A DNA stretch of 59,243 nt from a virus (IMGVR_UViG_3300022690_001351:1-59243), one strand, 5' to 3'. Positions 1-10,057 are shown, counted from the first letter of the stretch. The notes: generated by a model from the letters alone, not told the origin. Program-made: numbers and translations.

Positions 1-156
1 AAAAGGGTATTATGGTTTTTATAAGCAAGCAAAAGCGGATTCCGCCCCCGACAGTAGCGGTTTTTTTATGACTTCTGTTGGGTGACGATTATAACTTCTT
101 TTGCTTGCTGTAAATAAAGTTGTACAACTATTCAACAGAAGACTAAAAGGATCGTT

Positions 157-549
157 ATGATGGATATATTTATTTATTTGTTGCCATTATTAATGTTTGC
201 CGTGATCTTGGTTATGCTCTTTCGACCAAGAGGTATATTCAACCGAAGGACTAATATTAATTTAAGATGTGAAGAATTTAAATGGGCTTACGCATTTTTT
301 GTACCCTTTTCTTGCATAGACAAGCATGTAAAAACTTTGAAATCAAAAGAGGAAATAGAGCAATACGCTCAAGATATAGCACATGATAATCCTAAATATC
401 TTTCTCTTCATGATATGGATGATATTAGACAACTAGTTGGGCTAGAGCGATTAACGCCTCTCACATTTGAACCTTTTGATGATCCATCAAAGCCCCCACA
501 AGTCGATGAGGAATTTTTGAACTCTTTCAATAAAGGATTTGGAAAATGA
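157..549 (+). CDS. hypothetical protein, N-terminal TM anchor
   Basis: ORF with AAAGGA upstream, hydrophobic N-terminus; coupled to next gene by ATGA overlap. Confidence 0.7.
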   Translation: MMDIFIYLLPLLMFAVILVMLFRPRGIFNRRTNINLRCEEFKWAYAFFVPFSCIDKHVKTLKSKEEIEQYAQDIAHDNPKYLSLHDMDDIRQLVGLERLTPLTFEPFDDPSKPPQVDEEFLNSFNKGFGK

Positions 550-758
550 CTAAAGAACAAATATTAGCGAAGCTTCAAAAAGATGCTGATGCTGCTGCTG
601 TCAAGGCTGATGTTACTGCTAAAGCCTTTGCTGCTACTGATGCTCATGGTGCTGTTTCTTATGATCCTGTTGCTTTTGCTAAGGCTTTTGCTGCCGCTAA
701 TGACAAAGTTGCTGCTGATACAGCTATTGCTGAAATAAAAGAGGCTGATGATGACTAA
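546..758 (+). CDS. small Ala-rich helical hypothetical protein
   Basis: ATGA overlap; N-terminus resembles those of 35490 and 35752 ORFs. Confidence 0.65.
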   Translation: MTKEQILAKLQKDADAAAVKADVTAKAFAATDAHGAVSYDPVAFAKAFAAANDKVAADTAIAEIKEADDD

Positions 759-1326
759 AGTAACCAAAGAGCAAATAACTGAAATATTCTTACAACCTCT
801 TACGAGTATATTTTACTTTAACCAAAAGCCTGATTTTTCTGTTGAAATGTATCTTGATGCCATAGACCGAATGGGATTTAAGGATGATAAGGAGTTAAGG
901 CGTGTGCATAATGAGATTGTCAGCACCTGTGACCGCATGCCAAAGCCTGTAAAGATTGAGGAGATTTTAAAGCAGAACAGAAAAGAAAAAGAAGAGGAAA
1001 TAAAGAAAAAAATTAACCAACCTGCAATCTACAGCATGACGGATACACCGCAATGGCAAAAAGTAAAATCAATATTATATGAAAAACATAGTGATCCTAT
1101 TTTTGCATCATACAATCAGGATTTAAAATTTCTGGGAGTAAAAACAAAAACAGGAACAGTATGCATGTGCCTGCCAAATGATAAAATACAAAGGGAGGTT
1201 AAACCTCTTGCCCATAGTATATTAAAGGCTTGGAAGGATATAAATCCTAGCATTAAGGATATGCGATGGGGCGCAATTTTTAATAACATTCCAAGTGATT
1301 ATTTTTACGAGATGGTATATTTATAA
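748..1326 (+). CDS. putative replication protein (helicase loader/inhibitor-like N-domain, DnaA-N-like C-domain)
   Basis: MYLDAI...RMPKPVKI helical motif; C-terminal KVKSILYEKHSDPIFASY...LPN resembles DnaA domain I; by-eye call. Confidence 0.45.
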   Translation: MMTKVTKEQITEIFLQPLTSIFYFNQKPDFSVEMYLDAIDRMGFKDDKELRRVHNEIVSTCDRMPKPVKIEEILKQNRKEKEEEIKKKINQPAIYSMTDTPQWQKVKSILYEKHSDPIFASYNQDLKFLGVKTKTGTVCMCLPNDKIQREVKPLAHSILKAWKDINPSIKDMRWGAIFNNIPSDYFYEMVYL

Positions 1327-1344
1327 ACAAGGTTAGCACATTGT

Positions 1345-2025
1345 ATGGAGGGCGGTATGGGTAAGAGAAATGAAATTCAAGAGCAACTTATTGAGGCCAT
1401 AAAACAAAACGATTTAATGAAAGTCTCACGTTTATTTGAAGACGAACTCCCTAAAATTAATTGGGATCAGTTGTGTGATGAATCTCTTACGATTGCTCAT
1501 GAAAATAATTATCCAACACTATTGAAATTTTTACAGGATCAATTCACCTCATATCCTCCTGGACGCCCACCAGCACCACAAGTGGATGAAGAAATGATGC
1601 AAAGTTTTATAGACCAGAAAATGAAAGAGCTAGGAGAGGCAGAGGAAAAAGAACGTGATGATGCTAAGAGCAAAAAAGTAATACACATTGAGGATGATTG
1701 TACGCTTTGGAATTTATATAGAGCTATGGAGTTTTTCAGTGACAAAAGAGCGACAGGGTATGTGATTCCAACATATGAAAAAGCTATGGAGAAAATGGAT
1801 TTTAAAGACGATGAGGAGATAGAAAAGACTTTTGAGTACATAATAGACAACTACAAGTCAATGCCCATGCCATGTGAGATTAGGGAGGCTTTGGAGAAAG
1901 TGAGGGAGTCAACAAAAGAAGTTGAAGCTTTTTTAAAGATGATGGTTGATGATAAAGAAATAGAAAAGGATATTAAGATAATTCAAGAAGACATGGAAAA
2001 GAGAATTATAGAGATTGAGGGTTAA
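1345..2025 (+). CDS. hypothetical protein, mosaic of ankyrin-like N-terminus and a domain paralogous to 748..1326
   Basis: Segments shared with ORFs 157 and 748; GGAGG suggests real start at 1357. Confidence 0.6.
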   Translation: MEGGMGKRNEIQEQLIEAIKQNDLMKVSRLFEDELPKINWDQLCDESLTIAHENNYPTLLKFLQDQFTSYPPGRPPAPQVDEEMMQSFIDQKMKELGEAEEKERDDAKSKKVIHIEDDCTLWNLYRAMEFFSDKRATGYVIPTYEKAMEKMDFKDDEEIEKTFEYIIDNYKSMPMPCEIREALEKVRESTKEVEAFLKMMVDDKEIEKDIKIIQEDMEKRIIEIEG

Positions 2026-2328
2026 ATGAAAACTATATTAACAATTATTATTATCCTGTTGGCTGGTTATGCGAATGCTAAAGATGCTGAAATTAAATGT
2101 TATAACGGTGGTAAGTTAATTTATCACAATAATCTATATAAAACAATTGAGTTTCCAACAGGTACTATACAATTTAAAGATAATAATGATAATTTTATAG
2201 CGATTACTAATAATTGTGTAGTCATTATGCCTAAGACCTGGAGTAACACAACTGAAAAGAAAGATGAGGAACATAAAGCAATGATCCTAAAAAAAATAGA
2301 GGAAATGAACAGAAAAGTTGAGAAATAA
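2026..2328 (+). CDS. secreted/periplasmic hypothetical protein
   Basis: Signal peptide MKTILTIIIILLAGYANA; GAGG RBS. Confidence 0.7.
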   Translation: MKTILTIIIILLAGYANAKDAEIKCYNGGKLIYHNNLYKTIEFPTGTIQFKDNNDNFIAITNNCVVIMPKTWSNTTEKKDEEHKAMILKKIEEMNRKVEK

Positions 2329-2416
2329 ATATAAACATATTATTAATATGGAAAATATTTCAACTGAAAAAGAACTACATTATGCTTTAGTAAAATTAGG
2401 GAAATGGGAAAGTTAA

Positions 2417-2842
2417 ATGAGAACTATATTAGAGAGATTATATAACCATTCTATAAAATATTGCAGTAATGGACTAGATCCAATTGTTATGCAGTCTTTT
2501 AGATGGAAAGAAGAAAAATTAATATTATTTGAAAATGATGACAAAATAGATTTAAATATAGATAATTATATTATTAGTATAGTTAAAAGATCTAATAAAA
2601 ATATAGATAGTTATTTAGGTGATATGATTGAATCTGCAAGATTAATATTATCTAAAACAAAAACTAAAAGATTACACGGCTATATAATAGGTGCAAATGA
2701 AAATCCAAATAGACTTATGGGATTTATTAAAAATGATAATAGTTGGTTTAAGACTCTACAAATCAGCGATTATTCAACAGATACATTAAATGGGATGTTA
2801 TTAGGAGAGATTACCATTGATATTTTAATTTCAGAAAATTAG
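2417..2842 (+). CDS. hypothetical protein
   Basis: 141-aa ORF. Confidence 0.6.
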   Translation: MRTILERLYNHSIKYCSNGLDPIVMQSFRWKEEKLILFENDDKIDLNIDNYIISIVKRSNKNIDSYLGDMIESARLILSKTKTKRLHGYIIGANENPNRLMGFIKNDNSWFKTLQISDYSTDTLNGMLLGEITIDILISEN

Positions 2843-3017
2843 TAATATGCAAAATGACTTATGAAATTAAATCTACTTATGATTTTATTAGAAGTGCGAA
2901 AATGACACACTGTCTTTTGAATGTATCAATTAAAGAGGTTGATGATGATTAAAATAAATAACGTAAAACTAATGATAATTTGTAACAACTCGGTTTAAAC
3001 TCGGTAATATATACAAA

Positions 3018-3485
3018 ATGACACAAGAAGATACGCAATTTAAAAAAGGTAACACTAAATCCGTTGGCAATAAGGGCGGCAGACCTAAAGGCAAAAGCAT
3101 GCAAAAGATATTAAAGCATATGCTTAAAGGCACTATGTTTGTTCAAGATGATGTAGTTGTTAATAAAAAAGGGGAGGTCACAAGGGAGCTTACGACCAAA
3201 GAAGTCCTAGCCTTAAAATTGGTAACAATAGGTCTTGAAGGTGAAGACGCCGATGCCATGCGTTCTATCCTTGCTATAATTGATAGAGTAGATGGAAAGG
3301 TTACTGATAAGGTAGAGCAGAAGAATATCGATCCATATACAGAAGCTGACTACAAAAGATTAGAAGAACACGACCAACGTCAAAAAGAAGCATACCACAA
3401 GCAACAAATGAAAAACATGTCTGCGGAAGAGGTGCAAGCAATCATAAAAGAAAGGGAGGACAAAGAAAATGACAGAACTGATTAG
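3018..3485 (+). CDS. terS: putative terminase small subunit (DUF5681-type N-terminus)
   Basis: FKKGNTKSVGNKGGRPKG motif and IIDRVDGK C-terminal motif typical of TerS. Confidence 0.65.
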   Translation: MTQEDTQFKKGNTKSVGNKGGRPKGKSMQKILKHMLKGTMFVQDDVVVNKKGEVTRELTTKEVLALKLVTIGLEGEDADAMRSILAIIDRVDGKVTDKVEQKNIDPYTEADYKRLEEHDQRQKEAYHKQQMKNMSAEEVQAIIKEREDKENDRTD

Positions 3486-3942
3486 TGGCTTTCCAGGTGT
3501 TGGCAAGAGTTTTTTTGTTTGGCATTATAAAGGTCGTTTGAGATTACCAACTGATCCAAAGATAAATATTATGGATAGTGACAGTAGCAGGTTTAGTTTG
3601 GATGAGGATGGGGCTTTGTTTCCACAAAACTATATTGATTATATTTTAGATTCCGCAGACGAGTTTGATATAGTCATGATAAGTACACATGATGTTGTAA
3701 GAGATGCGTTAGTTAAACAGGATATTGATTTTACTTTGGTATATCCAAACATAGATTTAAAAAGTGAATATATGGAAAGATATAACCAGAGAGGGGATAA
3801 TAAAAGTTTTATCAAATTGATTAATACCAACTGGGATAAATGGATAACAGAGTTACAAAGCCAAGAGGGTTGCAAAAAGATTGAATTAAGCACAGGACAA
3901 TATTTAAGTGATGTTATAAGTGATATTCTAATAGAGCTATAA
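3469..3942 (+). CDS. P-loop kinase-like protein
   Basis: Walker A GFPGVGKS, then DSDSS and FPQNY motifs of a common phage family. Confidence 0.7.
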   Translation: MTELISGFPGVGKSFFVWHYKGRLRLPTDPKINIMDSDSSRFSLDEDGALFPQNYIDYILDSADEFDIVMISTHDVVRDALVKQDIDFTLVYPNIDLKSEYMERYNQRGDNKSFIKLINTNWDKWITELQSQEGCKKIELSTGQYLSDVISDILIEL

Positions 3943-4002
3943 ATGAATAATAAAATGCGAGATAGGATTGATAGACTGCTTTTATATTAAATAACACCCC
4001 CC

Positions 4003-4031
4003 TTGACAAGTCGCCGCCCATCGTGTATAAT
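4003..4031 (+). promoter_or_regulatory. conserved-spacer sigma70 promoter, copy 1
   Basis: TTGACA-AGTCGCCGCCCATCGTG(17)-TATAAT. Confidence 0.9.
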
Positions 4032-4039
4032 AAATCATT

Positions 4040-4255
4040 ATGAAATTTATAGAAAGAAAAACAGTTATTAAATACCATGGACTATTTAAAATACATCATA
4101 GATATTATGTGTATTATATTTTCGGCATTCCTGTTAGAAGGAAATTTATAAATACTGTTTGCAATGACGATGTTAAAGTTTTCAACACATCCGAAGACGC
4201 AGCCCAGTACTTATTCGATAACTTTGGTATTGAACATGAGTTTGAAAATGAATAA
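4040..4255 (+). CDS. hypothetical protein, probably near-leaderless
   Basis: ATG 8 nt after TATAAT, no SD. Confidence 0.6.
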   Translation: MKFIERKTVIKYHGLFKIHHRYYVYYIFGIPVRRKFINTVCNDDVKVFNTSEDAAQYLFDNFGIEHEFENE

Positions 4256-4706
4256 CAAAGAAATTAAAGAGGCTTTAAAAACCGCACGTAAGCAAGAAGC
4301 TATATATTATAGACTTTATCATAATAGTGAAGGTATATCTTATGCTGACAAACAAATATTGGGAGATAAAAAAGGACAGCAATTTGATTTAACAGAGAAA
4401 TATAAAGGAATGCTTTTAGAAAATTGCATAACCGATACCACGACTGCGTCAAAAGACAAAGAAATGCTCTTTGATGCTCATTGCGCGATAGGTGAGGGGG
4501 TAGTTTACTTTCATGACCTTGGTCACGGTGAAAGTGAGTGGATATTTGAAGAGTATCTTTTAACACAAATAACAGAAAGAGTTATTAAAAAATATGGAAT
4601 CCCTGTAATAGACGGTGATGCAAGTTCTGATTATGATGTATTTCTTAAAACAAAAATAGATTTAAAAGCCATGTACCAATTACTTGATGATAAAATAAAG
4701 GAATAG
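4248..4706 (+). CDS. hypothetical protein
   Basis: ORF, start moved to MNNKEIK overlapping previous stop. Confidence 0.65.
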   Translation: MNNKEIKEALKTARKQEAIYYRLYHNSEGISYADKQILGDKKGQQFDLTEKYKGMLLENCITDTTTASKDKEMLFDAHCAIGEGVVYFHDLGHGESEWIFEEYLLTQITERVIKKYGIPVIDGDASSDYDVFLKTKIDLKAMYQLLDDKIKE

Positions 4707-4717
4707 TAGGAATAATT

Positions 4718-4942
4718 ATGCTAACAGGATTATTGATAACAACATTGATAGTGTTATTGTGTGCAGGAGGTTGCAGTTACAAAAGTGTTGTAAGTAAGGA
4801 TTATGATGTAGGAAAAATTTGGGGTGTATTCTCAATCATCATACTAATTATATTCGCTTTTTTATTCCTCGCAAGCTACTTTCACGTCAACACAATAATC
4901 TCAAATCAACTTGACTTGGCAATTTTAACACAAGGGATATAA
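4718..4942 (+). CDS. small 2-TM membrane protein
   Basis: AGGA RBS, two hydrophobic segments. Confidence 0.65.
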   Translation: MLTGLLITTLIVLLCAGGCSYKSVVSKDYDVGKIWGVFSIIILIIFAFLFLASYFHVNTIISNQLDLAILTQGI

Positions 4943-4943
4943 G

Positions 4944-5171
4944 ATGATATTAGCGATATTATGGTTTGTAGTTATTATGTTATTTGTATTTAGCTGCCTA
5001 ATGTATCAAGGGTATGTGATTAATGCAGATTCTCAGTTAAATGAGAAAACTGAAGCTACAACTATTTCTTATAGAACAATCACAGCAATATTCATAATCA
5101 TTACTACATGCTTTGCATTGCCAACGTTTTATTATACATTTCAAGCTATAACTATGGAGTTTATAAGATGA
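4944..5171 (+). CDS. small 2-TM membrane protein
   Basis: Two hydrophobic segments, AAGGGA RBS. Confidence 0.65.
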   Translation: MILAILWFVVIMLFVFSCLMYQGYVINADSQLNEKTEATTISYRTITAIFIIITTCFALPTFYYTFQAITMEFIR

Positions 5172-5491
5172 TAAAAGTAAATAACCAAATTGCATGGGAA
5201 GATTATAAAAAGTCCGTTAAATTTGATTCCTATGAGATAGTACCTTTTAAAAACTCAGAGTGCATGAATCATAGAGTCAAGGACATTTGCACAATAGAAG
5301 AGGCAGAGGTGTGGATATTATATGGTTTATATCAGCAAGATAAATTATACAGCAGTCAAAGAAGACGCATATTATCTAAAAGACCAACTAAAGAGGAATG
5401 TGAGCAGGTGCTATTTGAGGTCTTTAACACTAAAGAATATAATTTAATTCATGCAGGTATCAAGTGGCGAATTGCAGTAGGAGAAACATGA
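5168..5491 (+). CDS. hypothetical protein, paralog of 47209..47469
   Basis: GGAG RBS; shared YEI..K / E.E.W.L.G / C pattern. Confidence 0.65.
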   Translation: MIKVNNQIAWEDYKKSVKFDSYEIVPFKNSECMNHRVKDICTIEEAEVWILYGLYQQDKLYSSQRRRILSKRPTKEECEQVLFEVFNTKEYNLIHAGIKWRIAVGET

Positions 5492-5805
5492 AAATAACCG
5501 ATGTAATATATGAAGAAGAGGGTGATATGGACATAGGACAAAATAATAGTAAGAAAAAGAGGCTATGGCATTGTATATGTGGTTTAGTAGGACTAGTGCT
5601 TATAGCGTGGTTCTTTCTGTTTTTCGGATTTTTTTGTATATCCTTAATTGCTTTAGGTTTGCCTTACATAGCGGCTTTTGGTTACTGTTTTTTATATGGT
5701 ATGGAGTTGGTAGCAGAACATGGGTGGGTCAGTTGGTATGCATTAGGTTGGGTCTTTGTTACGTTATCTTTTATTATAGTTCCACCAATAGGTTGCAGGA
5801 TATAA
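5488..5805 (+). CDS. membrane protein
   Basis: AGGAG RBS, several TM segments; begins MKITDVIYEEE. Confidence 0.65.
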   Translation: MKITDVIYEEEGDMDIGQNNSKKKRLWHCICGLVGLVLIAWFFLFFGFFCISLIALGLPYIAAFGYCFLYGMELVAEHGWVSWYALGWVFVTLSFIIVPPIGCRI

Positions 5806-5844
5806 AATGATTATAGATATATTCCATTATAAAAGGGGAGAGAT

Positions 5845-6219
5845 ATGAAAATAACAGATGTAATATACGAAGAAGAAGATAAGAGGGATTATCTAGATTA
5901 CTCCACAGGTAGAGCCCTCTTTGATCTCAATGATGGTAGTAAAGCTGTGACACGTTTTAAAACACGTATAGATAGAAGTCATTGTGACTGGTGGGATGTC
6001 GTTATTGAGCAACCAAAAGTACCTATGTTATTTATATCAAACAAAAAGAGGCAATGGTATAAAAGGGTGTATAAAAAACTTGTAGATATGACAGTCAACC
6101 GTGTCTATGCTGATTATGTGAAGGAATTTAACAAGGAACAAAAATGCAAGAATAAGAAAGACAAAATCCCACCTTCACGACCAAGGGCAGGCAAGCCTAT
6201 TAAGACGAACGGAATATAA
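5845..6219 (+). CDS. hypothetical protein
   Basis: GGGGAG RBS; begins MKITDVIYEEE. Confidence 0.65.
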   Translation: MKITDVIYEEEDKRDYLDYSTGRALFDLNDGSKAVTRFKTRIDRSHCDWWDVVIEQPKVPMLFISNKKRQWYKRVYKKLVDMTVNRVYADYVKEFNKEQKCKNKKDKIPPSRPRAGKPIKTNGI

Positions 6220-6321
6220 TCATGATATATTACCTTTGGAACATATACCGCATGGCTCTTAACAACTGGGTCGATGCTGTGTTGAAAATTACAGTGCCTG
6301 TTAAAGAGAAAGGATCTGATA

Positions 6322-6816
6322 ATGACGAATAAAATCATAGAGTTAAAAGAATACTTTGCAGATGAAGTACGTTGGACCAATCTTGATGATATCTATTATG
6401 CTGCTGTAAACTTATATAAAGCAAAACAAAGTATGGGTATAGCTGATGAAGCCTACCATATAGTTGAGCCTATTAAAAAAGATAAAACAAAATGGCAAAT
6501 AGTCTCTTTCAAAATAAAATGTGCAAATACAGGTAATGAACATACTTTTGAAAAGTTGACTATAAACACTCTTAGATCTTTATCTCACTTTCTTACTAGG
6601 CTTTTAGTGGATGATTTTGTAATTAATATCCAAAGTATTTTTGTAGATTTTTCCCATGATAAAACTAGAAACTCTATAGATTTGTATAATGAAAATCTTA
6701 CTTTTGATTTGTATATTTATAACCAATCTTTTAAAGGATTGTCACGAGATACTTTACAAGTAATACGCTTAAAAGTTGAACAGCTAATAGAGGAATATGA
6801 GCATGATAATAACTGA
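6322..6816 (+). CDS. hypothetical protein
   Basis: AAAGGA RBS, 164 aa. Confidence 0.65.
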   Translation: MTNKIIELKEYFADEVRWTNLDDIYYAAVNLYKAKQSMGIADEAYHIVEPIKKDKTKWQIVSFKIKCANTGNEHTFEKLTINTLRSLSHFLTRLLVDDFVINIQSIFVDFSHDKTRNSIDLYNENLTFDLYIYNQSFKGLSRDTLQVIRLKVEQLIEEYEHDNN

Positions 6817-7102
6817 AATACATTATAATGCCGCTGGCAATCCTATTAGATATCAAGTTGAGGATTTACCGCATGAATCTGGTTACAAAGTTACAGTAGC
6901 TGACCCAAAATCTACTCAAACCGCTCCCACGGACGGCTTGAATATCTCAATACAGCATCATGAATGGATAGAATATTCATACTGGACATATGAGGACATG
7001 CTCAAGATACAAGAGCTATTACCAGTAGCTATTGAAAGAATACGTAAATATGACGATGCCCACCAGCGATTAAGTGCTAATGTTAATTGGGATACTAAAT
7101 AA
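6797..7102 (+). CDS. hypothetical protein
   Basis: GAGG RBS, overlaps previous gene. Confidence 0.6.
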   Translation: MSMIITEIHYNAAGNPIRYQVEDLPHESGYKVTVADPKSTQTAPTDGLNISIQHHEWIEYSYWTYEDMLKIQELLPVAIERIRKYDDAHQRLSANVNWDTK

Positions 7103-7245
7103 GACATATCCCTTTAAATCAATTTCCTGCTTGACACCCCCTCATAAGTAATGTTATTAGTTATATAATTGATAAGATATCAAATTTTAGATAAACCACG
7201 TTGAATAGATGATTGCGTCTAATGACTTGTACGGTGGTTTTCTAT

Positions 7246-8079
7246 ATGAAAAATTACGTTGATCTTATCAATTGTCAAACTAATGATTTGGACGCAGTCG
7301 CCCATACCGAAAAGCAATACCTAAATTTTGAAATCAAACAAATCACCGATCAGGGTGAATTTTCTGGACATGCAGCAGTATTTGATAATATTGACTTTCA
7401 AGGTGATATTATAGTACGTGGTGCATTCGCAAAATCTCTACAAGAAAATAATCAGTTTGTACTTTTATCGCAACACAATCCTACAAAGCCCATTGGCATT
7501 GTTAAAGGGCGTGAAGATGCTACAGGACTTTTTGTTGAAGGCAAGCTTGCACTGGGTGTGCAGGAAGCCAAAGAATTAAGGGAATTAGCACTTATCAAAG
7601 CAGTCAATAGCTTCTCAATTGGATTTGCAATTAAAGACAGTGAATTTGATGAGGAACGAAATGTACGTATTATAAAAGAGATAGAACTCTTTGAGGTATC
7701 AATCGTTACATTTCCAGCAAATCCAAGAGCTAATATTATAAGCATGAAAGGTGACAAGAAAAATGAAGTTGTTTCCAAAAAGGAAATAACTGACCTAGAT
7801 AATATTGAGACATTAAAAGATGCAGAGGCATATCTTAGAGCAGAAGGTTTATCTAAGAACAAAGCAACTGCAATCGTTTCAATCATTAAAAGACAGCTTT
7901 TGAGTGAATCAGAAGCCCCCCCTATAACCAATCAGAATCTGAGCGAATCAGATCAAGCTAAAAGCAATCAGAGTGAGTCTGACAAGAAATATCTAAACAT
8001 GTTTAATCAATATGTATCTGAATTTGTAGATACGCAAAATACAATTAATCAAATAAAGGAATTTAACAATGTCTATTGA
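7246..8079 (+). CDS. HK97-family prohead maturation protease
   Basis: FSGHAAVFDNID, GAF, QHN..PIG, FSIGF, LFEVSIVTFPANPRA motifs; precedes capsid gene; start uncertain. Confidence 0.95.
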   Translation: MKNYVDLINCQTNDLDAVAHTEKQYLNFEIKQITDQGEFSGHAAVFDNIDFQGDIIVRGAFAKSLQENNQFVLLSQHNPTKPIGIVKGREDATGLFVEGKLALGVQEAKELRELALIKAVNSFSIGFAIKDSEFDEERNVRIIKEIELFEVSIVTFPANPRANIISMKGDKKNEVVSKKEITDLDNIETLKDAEAYLRAEGLSKNKATAIVSIIKRQLLSESEAPPITNQNLSESDQAKSNQSESDKKYLNMFNQYVSEFVDTQNTINQIKEFNNVY

Positions 8080-9562
8080 ACAAAATCAAAAACAACAACA
8101 AGTTGTTCCATATAATTCTCAAGCAGAGGTGAAGGCTGGGCTTGATGAATTAAAAAGTACAATACATGCTGCTAATGAAGTGGCTTCACGACAAATCAAA
8201 GGAGAGCTCGAAGATCATTTAGATCAATTACATCATAAAAGAATAACTGATGAAGAAGTTAAATTGATTGAAAAGGATAATCTTTACAAGGCAGCCAAAG
8301 AAGAATCTGATAAAATCATTGAAAAGATGCAAGAGGACATGGATAAATTAAAAGCCGCTATCAATCGTGGCGATATGGGTGCTGGTGCTACTTCTGGTGA
8401 TAGCGAAGGTATCACTGTGTTTAAAGAACATCATCGACAACTTGGTAATTTTTTTAGAAAAGGAAAAGCAAATCCTCATTTTCTTGCCAATTTACCAAAT
8501 ATAGAAAAGACGAATAATAAAATGGCTAAGATTCTTGCGGATAAATATGTTCAGGATAAAGATTCAAGCAATGCTAATATTCAATTAAATTCTTTTTTAG
8601 CGAAAGATTTTGAATATAATGGCGATGGAATGATGACATTTAGTCCACATGATCTAAAAACTTTTGGTCAGGTCGGTAGTCAGCCAGATGGCGGATACTG
8701 GGCATTGGTTGAAAGGATTCAGCAAACAATTGGTCGTAATTTTCTGACCTCGCCACTGCGTCAAGTTGTTACGCTTTTATCAACTGCTAACGAATCAATT
8801 GAAATGATTATTGATGACAATGAAAGCGAATTTGGTGGCTGGGTTGCTGAGGTTGATAATAGAGATGAAAGCGATACCGCTCAAATTGGCAAGAAAGTTA
8901 TCACAGCTCATGAATTGTTTGCTCAACCAAAAGTAACGCAAAAGTTTATTGATGATGCTAGTATTGATGTTGTTGGATGGGTATTGTTTAAAACTGATGA
9001 CATTCTAACTCGAAGAGAAAATACTGCATTTGTTCAAGGCAACGATTCTAATAAACCTGAAGGCTTTATGAATTTAGGGAAGTGGACAACTAGTACAACT
9101 GTAGATTCAAGGGGTGTATATGAGCGTGATAAATTAGATCACATCCTTGATGGCACTGCCATTACTAAGCAGGGATTGTTTACATTGCAAACAGCACAAT
9201 TGGAAGATGATAGACAAAATTCTCGCTTTGGTATGAATAGTCTTACTTGGAATAAAATTCGTTTATTAGATGATAATGAAAATCGTTCATTACTTCAATT
9301 TGATATTGTGAAAACTGATACTAGCCGAATCTTACTAGGTGATCCTATCATTTTCCTTGAAGATTTAGACGATGCAACCACAGGATTGCGTCCAATTGTA
9401 TACGGAGATTTTAGAAAATCTTACGCAATAGTTGATCGTATTGGTATGAGAACTCAACGTGATGATGTCACACAAAAAGGTTTTGTTAAATTCTACACTA
9501 CAAAACGTGTTGGTGGTGGAGTTACCAGTTTTCAAGCATTAAAAGTTTTAGAATTAGCTTAA
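8069..9562 (+). CDS. HK97-fold major capsid protein
   Basis: N-terminal coiled-coil delta domain, DGGY, GWVAE, FVQG...KPEG, YGDF, KRVGGGV motifs. Confidence 0.95.
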   Translation: MSIEQNQKQQQVVPYNSQAEVKAGLDELKSTIHAANEVASRQIKGELEDHLDQLHHKRITDEEVKLIEKDNLYKAAKEESDKIIEKMQEDMDKLKAAINRGDMGAGATSGDSEGITVFKEHHRQLGNFFRKGKANPHFLANLPNIEKTNNKMAKILADKYVQDKDSSNANIQLNSFLAKDFEYNGDGMMTFSPHDLKTFGQVGSQPDGGYWALVERIQQTIGRNFLTSPLRQVVTLLSTANESIEMIIDDNESEFGGWVAEVDNRDESDTAQIGKKVITAHELFAQPKVTQKFIDDASIDVVGWVLFKTDDILTRRENTAFVQGNDSNKPEGFMNLGKWTTSTTVDSRGVYERDKLDHILDGTAITKQGLFTLQTAQLEDDRQNSRFGMNSLTWNKIRLLDDNENRSLLQFDIVKTDTSRILLGDPIIFLEDLDDATTGLRPIVYGDFRKSYAIVDRIGMRTQRDDVTQKGFVKFYTTKRVGGGVTSFQALKVLELA

Positions 9563-9585
9563 TTAATTAAAAAAAGGATATTATT

Positions 9586-10005
9586 ATGGCTAGAGATCAT
9601 AGAAACGAGTTTTTGCCTATATCAGCGGCTAATGTTGCTATTACAGGTAACGGCGTTAGTAATGGTGCAATTATTGATACCGAAGGCACTGTCAGCAATA
9701 CATTTATAGTTGATGTTGCAAATTATACGGATGGCACGTATGTATTTGAATTTTTTGATAGTGAGGATTCAGGTATGTCAGGTGAAACTGCTATAATTGA
9801 TGATAAGCTACGAGGGACTGAAGCTGGGCTTACTATCGCAGGTGCAATCGTTCAAGGTAATAACTTGGGATCAATTGGAGTTGTTGGAACAAAACGATTT
9901 GTACGAGTTAAAATAACTGCTTCAAGTGTAACAACTGGTGCAGATGTGTCTGTTACCGTCGTGCAAGAAACAAGGGTAACACCTTCTGATGGAATATCTG
10001 TATAA
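9586..10005 (+). CDS. putative capsid decoration/cement protein
   Basis: Directly after capsid gene; beta-rich with IDT.G and KRFVRV motifs. Confidence 0.7.
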   Translation: MARDHRNEFLPISAANVAITGNGVSNGAIIDTEGTVSNTFIVDVANYTDGTYVFEFFDSEDSGMSGETAIIDDKLRGTEAGLTIAGAIVQGNNLGSIGVVGTKRFVRVKITASSVTTGADVSVTVVQETRVTPSDGISV

Positions 10006-10015
10006 TGCAATTTAT

Positions 10016-10040
10016 AGGGGAGGGATACCTCCCCTTATTT
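10016..10040 (+). terminator. hairpin/intrinsic terminator after capsid genes
   Basis: AGGGGAGG-GATA-CCTCCCCT followed by TATTT. Confidence 0.65.
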
Positions 10041-10057
10041 AATAAAGGAATATAGCT

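Noticed and set aside
24-109. 12-bp inverted repeat AGCAAGCAAAAG/CTTTTGCTTGCT with inner GC hairpins and a T-run
   Set aside because: At the window edge and possibly inside the 3' end of an upstream ORF; cannot separate terminator, RNA or chance
6222-6332. Apparent stem-loop between ORFs 5845 and 6322
   Set aside because: Better explained by a 36-aa ORF (MIYYLWN...) that fills the gap; pairing is weak
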